Positions 55,245 through 64,000 of a stretch of DNA of 64,000 nt are shown here, piece by piece. The translations under genes were made by a program, and so were the position numbers. Each line of letters starts with the position of its first letter. Position 1 is the first letter of the stretch. The notes beneath the pieces were generated by a model that was not told the DNA's origin, did not search any database, and saw only the letters and a program-made list of their open reading frames with translations. Location: the NCBI GenBank assembly GCA_017499595.2, contig CM039005.1, forward strand, positions 558,001 through 622,000, in the 5' to 3' direction. The stretch comes from Psilocybe cubensis. Its lineage: Eukaryota.

Positions 55245-56359
55245 TGCTTGCTGAGTAAGATGGGTCAAGTAAGTCGGTGTGCTGGTGTAGTGGTGTGGTA
55301 TGCGGTATGCTAATGCCAATGGGTATGTTATGATGCGATATGGATTGTAGAACCTGCGTTAATTGTATCTTCCTGTACCAAACCACCTTTGTACGTGCGT
55401 ATATGCAAGCGTAAAGTCGTCTCAGGCGGCTGGTATGAAGAAACAAGCAAGTCAGTCCAACTCAGAAGCAGTGGCAGTGGCAGGCCTCCTCATGTCACGC
55501 CCACTGACCGTGACCTGACTCCGCTGCATCTAATCTGGAAACAAACAATAGCAACAACAATCACTCTGCCGAAATGCCGCAAGTTGACTTTGTCGTTGTA
55601 AGTATTTCATTCATCCACAACGGTTGCCCTGAACGATGAGGACGCTCTTTCACTCGCAACTGCGCTTGTTTGATTCCCCGCCCCTGCCCCGCCGAGTCCT
55701 TCCGCTCCCGGGTAATCGCGCTCGTCGCATACTGTAACCACGATCGACAAGTCATCAACATACAGTCGCCCGTCGCCGCTCAACTATGACAACACGCATC
55801 ACACGCTATACACTACCAGTTCTATGTAGACCACCCGACGCGGACGCAATCGCAATTGCGCCTCCAACTACATCCATTTACCACCGTACTCATGAGTTTA
55901 CCGCAGCTTTGCAATATATTTTTGTTGTGCCTATTGTGTACTTGAAATATTGTTTACCCCAGTGCCTTCAAGGTTTGTCATGATGCTGCGTGTTTACTAT
56001 TTACTGATCGACGGGACAATTCTCGTGATATCATGGTTTATTCAATGCACTCTATTCGTCATGATTGTAATGAATTTCGTAAAATTCTAACCAAAACAGG
56101 CAAAATCTATTTATAACTGAAAAAAACAGCCTTGTTCAAAACTTCCAACCCTCTTCTGGTAACAAACTTCAAGGGTTTCCCCTCCCCCGAAGGGCAGAGA
56201 AACAAAGTGACGGGGTGAGGTACCCCGACACAAGGTGGGTTAGTAGCATACAAGGTGAGAAATACAAGTCGGCGAGAGAATACTCGTGTAGTGAAAACAA
56301 CGGATGGTGTTTTCGGACCGCCGAGTCAAATGGATACAGATGGCGTTAAATCATGCCAA

Positions 56360-57684
56360 CTACAATCAAAGTCAGTCAGAGTCTATTCAAAGTACAATTC
56401 TACAGACTTACCATTCCGAATCTCGCTCGACGGACGGAAATACATAGCGTCGAGGGTTTTTGCTTGTAATAAATTTCTAGAGTAAAAGTTATCAGTAGTT
56501 TAGGGAAAGTAAAATCAAGCCCACGTACCAACTATCGTGTCAAAGCACTCGTGCAGATGCCCCATCCTGCTCGTCGGACGTCGATATATGGTCTCAAGGT
56601 AAATCTAGAGCCAAGGTCAGTAAAAATCCAATAAATGAATGCCATACATACATACCTCAACGGGCACACAGCTAACAACGCCTGCTCGGCGGACGGCGAT
56701 ACGTCGTGTCAAGGCAAAATCTAGGGTCACGGGTCAGTGATAATTAATGCAAACCAAGTTGAAGTACACTTACCACTTGGTGTAGATCCTCACACTCGGT
56801 CGGCGGACGTCGATACATCATGTCAAAGCAAAATCTAGGGTCACGGTCAGCTTTAATTAATGCAAAGCATGTCGAAGTACACATACCACGGGTTTTAGAT
56901 CCCCACACTCGGTCGGCGGACGTCGATACATTGTGTCAAAGCGAATCTAGGGTCAAGGTCAGTCTTTGTACATTAAATAAAACTAAAACACACATACCTA
57001 TGCACCAGAGGTCCAATCCCGGTCAGCGGACGGCGATACGTCGTGTCAAAGTCTAGAGTCAGAGTCAGTCTCTGTACATTAAATAAAAGTAAACCACACA
57101 TACCTGTACACCAGAGGTCCAACCCCGCTTGGCGGACGTCGATACGTCATGTCAGAGCAAATCGGGGTCACCCAGACATCCAATCCCACTCGGCGGACGT
57201 CGATACGTTGTGTCAGAGCAAATCTGAGGTCAAGGTCAGTGTGAGTACATATCATAAAAGTAATACACACATACCTGAAGACCAGAGGTCCAATCCCGCT
57301 CGCCGGACGTCGATACGTCGTGTCAGAGCAATATCTAAGGCCAGGGTTAGTCACAACTTGTTCAACGAATGCTACAGCACACTTACCACAATAGTAAGGA
57401 GGCAGGTAACAGGCGCGCTCGGCGGACGGCGATACGTCGTGTCAGGACTAAATCTTGGGATAAAATCAGTCTCCGTTTGGTAAATAAATGATACACAACT
57501 TACCAGCTCGCCGGAACGCGATACATAGCGTCGGGCTATGTTAACAGGGCATAAATCCTTGGATCAAAGTCAGTCTCACTTCTTCAACAAACATCACAGC
57601 ACATACCAGGTCGGCGGAACACGATATATAGTGTCGAAGCAATTCCATGTCGAGAGGGGTAGCACACCACCATACTGACAGCAT
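56360..57684 (-). ncRNA. Exon-intron module array, unit 7
   Basis: Copy of 5704-7028 (+50656), with a few substitutions near 56390-56490 and a G>A at 57396. Confidence 0.6.
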
Positions 57685-60600
57685 GGGTACAAAGTAGATG
57701 GATAAAAAAAACCCAATATCAGAGTTCTCTTTATACCTTTTTCACCCCAAACTTTTTCAAAGCCCGCTCTCAGTCACGTAGCAACACTTCTTTCTAGCTT
57801 CATCATTTTTACTAGCTTCGCTTCCGAATATTTCCTCATGCCATAACTTTGCATAATAGGAGACCTTTACATCCCTTTCTCCACTCCCTCAAACGTGGAA
57901 TATCAAGCCACAGTGCACCACAAGGCACAAAACTCACTCGCCAAGTCGCAATTGGCTCAAATTCATGTCCCGTGCAGTAAAAAACCTCACTCCTATCAAG
58001 TGAAAATTGTTACGCCATTTTGTAATACCACGTACTAATCTTTGGTAAAGGTCCTCGTTTCAATTTCTACAGCACATCTAGCTCTGATTTCAATGCAGTA
58101 ATAGCGTTATCTTCTCCCCAAAGTATTTTTTGGGATTACTTGCTGCAGACCGGTCAATTCGAAAGCTATGTCATCACATTCAGACACTCTGCACAGGATG
58201 CGCTGACGCTGATGCTGCAGACTCTGCGCAAACGATGTGCTTACGCTAACGCTACAGAGTCTGCGCACACAATGCGCTGACGCTGACTCTGTGCACAGGA
58301 TGCGCTGCCGCTGACTCTGTACACACGATGCGCTGGCACTTGGTATTACAACATCGGCTCGCCGGCGTTCACAAGCCCAGGAACGAGATCACAACTTCCG
58401 ACGCTCTAGCCTCGTTTAACTAATCGTTAAATCTACGACAAATCGCCCACAGGATCACGATCTACGCGTGTTCATTAGGACCCTGCCCTAATTCCCCACA
58501 GGTGCGTCATCATTCCACTCTAGGTTTAGTTTGCATCTCAGGAACACAAATTCGACTGTAAAGTCTATTTTTCACCTCCGTTCCGAGTCGACGTCATTCA
58601 CGACAACAACAGTTGGTTCGACTTTGCGAGAGATGTTGGTATTTCGGATATGTTTACAACAGTACGTCCTTTGAGTCCTGGTTACTAATCTCACGGGTGA
58701 CGGAATCATTCGAAAATTAGACACTTCCTTCAAACGCAGGTGCGTGCCAAAGCCGACATCCCACTCTATCGATACATCTCGTCTTACTCGTAACCCACTA
58801 TTTTGAAGTGTTCCGTTCCATTTGACTTTGAGACTAGCGCGTCAGATAATCGGGAGTTGCTATATTCGAGTGCGCCCGAAAACACATCTATGCAACAACG
58901 TCAAGGCCAGTACTCTGACGTACCGCATTTGTTATCTCACCTTTTGCTTGTGTAGACGTGCTATGACCTCAACGTAGACATTCAGGAGGTGATTTACGGT
59001 GACAACTCACCTTCATTCCAACATTTCCCCAGTTCAAATTCGCATGTCAACCACGGCGCGGATACCTCCTCGTCTCCCGATTCGTCATTCTAGCGCGTTG
59101 CAACCGTCTCATATACCTCGCTTCCAAGAATAGGCTAGTCTAGACTAGTCGGTAACGACAGCCGGAAGCTCGCAAAACTGAGCAACCAATATGAATGTGC
59201 TGCAGAACACACATACGTGGCAGCCGTTCCCGCGCCGTTTATCACTTTTTCGAGGTTTCAGGGCTTTCTGGGTACTGTATAATGTAGTATATCCCACGCC
59301 AAGCGTGTTTGTAGGTCCTTTGGCAGCGTGAAGTTGAGATAATCAAAAATACATCCGGGGCATCTCAGGAGAGATTCAAACACAAAAACAAGCGTTTGCG
59401 AGGCTTTGAAATCACCGTGAAGATCGATAATGACTACCTAGATAATCTATAATGTGTATACGTCATGACGAATGCAGTAAACTAAGAGTACGGGTAACAT
59501 TTCAAGCCACAGATGTTAAGCGCCCAAGCAAACAGCTTCACGCAGACTGTAAATTAGCAAAACACATCGATTCCAATGCTCTATAGACACACCTCGCATA
59601 CCATACATATCTCAGAGTACACTATAAGACATACATACACTCACATATCTCGTCAACGAACCGTCAAGTCCACAACCTCACACTCACGTACCTCCTCCGG
59701 CCCCCAATCCGCATTCCAGCCCATTTCCACTGCTTCCTTTCATTTCGGGGCATCATCCCCACTAGCATAAGACTACTCGGCTGCGGCACGGAGCGTTCCG
59801 AGACCTAGAAGCAGGACAGAAATGAGTTGCAGTGTAATGCGTCTCGAGGGAGGATATGTACGTGGCATGCGATTCTGCGTCGTTTGCGCGTTTTAAGCGG
59901 GTTGGGGTGCTTTTACTGGGTGATATGGGTTAGGTGTGTATGGGGTAAAGCTTGAAAGTACATCAGGGAACCTACAATTGAGTTTATGCGTGTATGTGAT
60001 GTCGTTGTTCAAATTCGCTTTAGGAAACGTACATTTGCGAATTGGGCCGTTTTGAGGTATTCAGATGCTACAGTACTGTTTAAAATAGGGGTATATATTC
60101 ATATTTATGCTTACCTGAGTAAGTACAAAGTGGAAATTTCAAAGATTTGCAGCGATGAACCCTTAAGCGCCGAAAGCGTTGAATCGCAAATACAACAAAT
60201 AAACGCACCAAACACACGATGGTGGACCACTAACACGCATGATACACTCACCCCTATACCATACAGCCCATTCTTCGACTCCAAAACTCCAACATCGCAA
60301 ACCCAACTCACCGGACACAACACTCCTCCTCCTCGTCCGAATCTCCATTCAACCTCATTCCAACCACCTTCTTTCTCTTCACCCCTGCACGCCCACTAGC
60401 TCCAGACCCCTCGGCTATCCTAACGTAACGTACTAACGGCGATTACTGAATTTTTTCTGCCAGTAGAAGAAGAAGCATTCTGTAGAGTCCGAGAGACGTT
60501 ATACGTTGTTTTAATGCAAATTCGATGGAATACGTACATTGGGGGGGTTGTAATGGTGCATAGGAGCCCCTGAGTAATCGAACTGAAAGTGAGTGAACGT

Positions 60601-62927
60601 TGGAACCAAGTCTGAACGTCGACGAAAGTTTGTGCAAGTCGGATTTCACATCAAGACAAGAAAACACAGAAACGCACAAAAGTACTATTACCATCTTCAA
60701 CAAACGGACACCAGCATTGCTCTGCACCACTAACATTGTCTTAAAGTACATTCTTCACGAAACAAAATCCTAGATATTCCACACACAAAGACAGAGCGTT
60801 GACCCGATACACACCCAAGAACCCCCTCCTCCTCCCCAAAATCGCAAAATCACCTCATCCCAATACGTTTTCCTGGCTCTTCGGCTCCGGAACGGTATTC
60901 AAATCCAAATTGCGTAAACCAACTAAAAAGCGGCGTCTCATTTGAGAAGAATTAGAATGCCTGTGTTGCAACGCGAAATCAGAACAAACCATTGGAGAGA
61001 TAACGGGTATGCGTACGTACGTTTGCTGTTCCCGAGTCAATTACTAGTTTATGCAATTCGATTAATGCATGGGTGAATGTGTGTTGACGATCTACGATAC
61101 GAGTTGGAATTCACTTGATGCAAGGTAGATGATACTCGAGTCTAAAGTTCTGTGAGCCGCAAACCAAAAACGATTTGAATTTGAATCTCACATCTCGGAC
61201 ACCAATGTAAATTCAAAGCAACACAACAATACCTCCAACACGAAACAGATAACAAACCCATTCGATCAATAGCACATTGCGTAAACGCACTAGCAACTAT
61301 ACCGATGAACCGCGAACCGAGAGAAAGACACAAAAAAAAAACATTGCAAAGACGTAACGTTATGGACGTACAGGGGCAGCAGGTGTATAAAAAGGACACG
61401 GACTAACGGGCTTTTTTCCTCATCCCCTCTCCTCTCCTCTTCTCACATTCTCTTCTCCCGCTCTCCGCTCAATGCCCTTGTCAGCCCGCCCCTCTCCAAC
61501 ATCCTACACTCGCACTGCACTGCCAATGGACGGGAACGCACCGGTACGAGTCAACGTGCCCACGACGCCGTGAGTATTCCCCATCCCTCCCCTGAGCTGC
61601 GCCACGTCTGACCCTCCCTTCGCAGGAACACGTTTGACGACGAGTAGAGGATCTGGGAGGTAGAGGTCGGAGTCGGCGACGCGCCATAAATGCCACGCTG
61701 GCATGTCGACCGGGGCATCGAGGGCAGCGCACGGTGAGCCTCTAACATTTGTTTTCGCATCACACTCCGCCAAACCGCCTTTCTCTGCAGGTTGCCACGC
61801 CATCGAGACGACGCGGGACTCGAATGCGCGTGCTCAGCGAGCTTGAGGACGGGGTAAGTAAATGCATTATTCGACGGGTATCATTGTTGACTGACCTGGA
61901 CACGCAGAACCTTGCATGTGTGTTCCCAAGAGTCGGACACGTCGTCGAAACTGTAAGTCAGTCCACACTCGTCAGCAACCGCCTGTGATTGACAACCGCT
62001 GCATCAAGACCTGCGCCTGCTCAGCGAGCTTGAGGACGGAGTAAGTAAACAAGCTATTCAACATGGAACACTGCTGACTGACCTGGACACGCAGAACGAC
62101 CTTGAATCCGTGTTCCCGAGCGGCGGAAACGCTGTCGAAAGTGAGTGCATGCTTTGTTCGTCAGACCGCCCGTGATTGACCACCCAATACCAAGGCCGTA
62201 TCGATTGGGGGGCAGGGAACAATGAGACCTATGCAAAAGTAAGTTGTCGTGTCGTTCACCGTGAACCAGCCTGAACTAACCTGACCTAGACACACAGAGC
62301 ACCCCCAATCTATTCAAAGGCCTACATCCGTTCAACCGGTGCAGCTCGACACATGCGCTCCGCTCGTTGTGAATCGCCCCTTGACAGCCCGCCTTGCTGC
62401 GGATTCCAGTACGCGATTGGGGAATGGACTGGACGCGGTGGTGATGTGGTGGATGTGTGAGTACGCTGAGATGTTAGTAGGGAATGACTTGGAATGACCA
62501 CACACAAGTACAGGTTGTGGTGTTGCCGTGGTTTCGCATCGGCCGCATATACCGTGGAGATGTGGAGGGAGGTGCCTAGTCGGTGTCCTAAGGATGCCAT
62601 TGCAGGTTAGTTGACCCGTTGTTCAACGCGAGTCATGTCAAACTTACCTGAGATGTACATTGCAGGTCTGCGCTACCCTAAAATCTGGCTCTCCAATATC
62701 CCAGGCGGCACTCCTGTTGAATGCGAGTCGGGAACGCCGCAGCAAGGTACGTGACTCGTGTTCTGAACAGTTGTGACTGGGGTATAACGCGTTGTTGATA
62801 GGGTGGTGCTGATGGAAAGGATAACAGCAGGCAAGGGCATTCGTATCGACGCGTATGTCCCATATACGGGCAATGTCGATTCATAGCGGGAGCCGCTGCC
62901 TGATTGCCTGCTCCCGTGCATTCGCCT

Positions 62928-63532
62928 TCAAACACGCTGAGACGCAGCTCCGCCCGCGTGCTGTCCCTCCATCGGCTCCCCTCCCTCCCCCGCCTGCTCT
63001 CCCTCATTCTCCCCCAACCCCCCCTCCTCCGGATCCAACCAACTCTCCTCAACCGTCACCTTGACCCTCCTCACATACTCCTTCATATTTTCCCTATACA
63101 ACTGCGCCGCCTCCGCATTCGCCGGGCTATTCGGGTTCGGATCATGCAGCAAGCTCTGTATACTCGTCAATATCGCCGCGACGTCGTATGTGGGCGACCA
63201 CCGGTTTTGCAGGATGTCGAGGCAGAGCTCGCTGTTCGCGTAGACGTTGGGGTGGAACATCCGCGAGAGGAATTTGACGGTGGGCGGTTTGTTGGGGTAG
63301 GACTCGTCGAATGTGAGGAGGAGCTTGAATGTGCCGTCTTCGAAGGGGGTGTCGCCTGTTGATAGGTGAGTGGCTGGGGGTGAGTGGGGAGAGGAAACGC
63401 ACCTGGCCCGAAGATGACAGCGTTCCAGAGCATAATATTGTCGGGGAGCGGACTGCCCGAGATCCCGCCTGGCGGGTCGGACGAGAGGCGCTTGAAGTCC
63501 CGGATGAGCCGTTTCTTGCAGTTCGTCGACAT
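62928..63532 (-). CDS. RAD6: Rad6/Ubc2 copy 8 (185 aa, S85)
   Basis: Same translation as copy 1 at offset +59132. Confidence 0.97.
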
Positions 63533-64000
63533 TGTTTGCTGAGTAAGATTGGGTCAAGTAATTCGGGTGGCTTTGGTTAAAGCGAGAGAGGGAGGTGTGG
63601 TCGTGTCTGAATCGCGTGCTGTTAATGAGGGCACTGCGACTGTCGTCGTACACGTCGTCTCGTATGTGGTATGCGGTATTCTAATGATGGTATGCGATAT
63701 GGATTGTAAAACCTGCAAACCCAACTTTAATTGTATCTTCCCCTACCAAACCACCCTCAAAACATACCTTTGTACGTGCGTATATGCAAGCGTAAAGTCG
63801 TCTCAGGCGGCTGGTATGAAGAAACAAGCAAGTCAGTCTAACTCAGAAGCAGTGGCAGTGGCAGGCCTCCTCATGTCACGCCCACTGACCGTGACCTGAC
63901 TCCGCCGCATCTAATCTGGAAACAAACAATAGCAACAACAATCACTCTGCCGAAATGCCGCAAGTTGACTTTGTCGTTGTAAGTATTTCATTCATCCACA

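Larger units (their letters stand above)
50151..56491. other. Long divergent haplotype tract (end of unit 6 through most of unit 7)
   Basis: Dense substitutions and indels, a non-homologous ~400-bp block at ~55682-56078, and a different RAD6 allele. The sequence returns to the majority type after ~56.5 kb. Confidence 0.95.
1..64000. repeat. Tandem array of ~8.48-kb units, each containing RAD6 (7.6 copies in window; both ends outside window)
   Basis: The marker GGCTAGTC recurs at 1, 8477, 16953, 25429, 33908, 42384, 50824 and 59133 (periods 8476, 8476, 8476, 8479, 8476, 8440, 8309). The ORF track repeats with the same offsets. Unit phase is arbitrary (window start). Confidence 0.99.

Noticed and set aside
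55700-55785. LYVDDL on the minus strand resembling a Ty1/copia reverse-transcriptase motif
   Set aside because: It lies in a ~58-codon stretch (LSGDGRLYVDDLSIVVTV...) with no other RT motifs or LTRs, so it is probably chance. A BLASTX would settle it.
1-64000. Helitron or other transposon as the repeated unit
   Set aside because: No Rep/helicase, transposase or recombinase ORF, no terminal inverted repeats, and no clear hairpin-plus-CTRR terminus. A non-autonomous origin cannot be excluded without the array ends.

Overview
This is eukaryotic, fungal-type DNA, most likely basidiomycete, judged from ~47-60 nt GT..CTRAC..AG introns and the Rad6 protein sequence. The whole window is a head-to-tail tandem array of a ~8.48-kb unit: 7 full copies plus a partial 8th, with both ends of the array outside the window. 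Each unit carries one recognisable gene, the ubiquitin-conjugating E2 RAD6/UBC2 (minus strand, one 47-nt intron), giving 8 copies. Seven copies carry Ser instead of the usual Gly at position 85, three residues before catalytic Cys88, and have a shorter acidic tail. One of these also has H78Y in the HPN motif and another has an 11-aa in-frame deletion. Only a divergent copy (unit 7) has the canonical G85. RAD6 is flanked by two very intron-dense, apparently non-coding spliced units that the ORF track does not show. The first is a minus-strand array of ~110-nt modules (a ~51-nt intron plus a ~60-nt exon with a conserved GACGT-ATCG-ACGTC core), with 11 regular introns. The second is a plus-strand, TATA-preceded unit with ~10 introns running antisense into the RAD6 3' end. 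Divergent haplotype tracts (about 25.3-26.8 kb and 50.2-56.5 kb) point to gene conversion or unequal crossover. All alignments and splicing were done by eye, and no transcript evidence is available.
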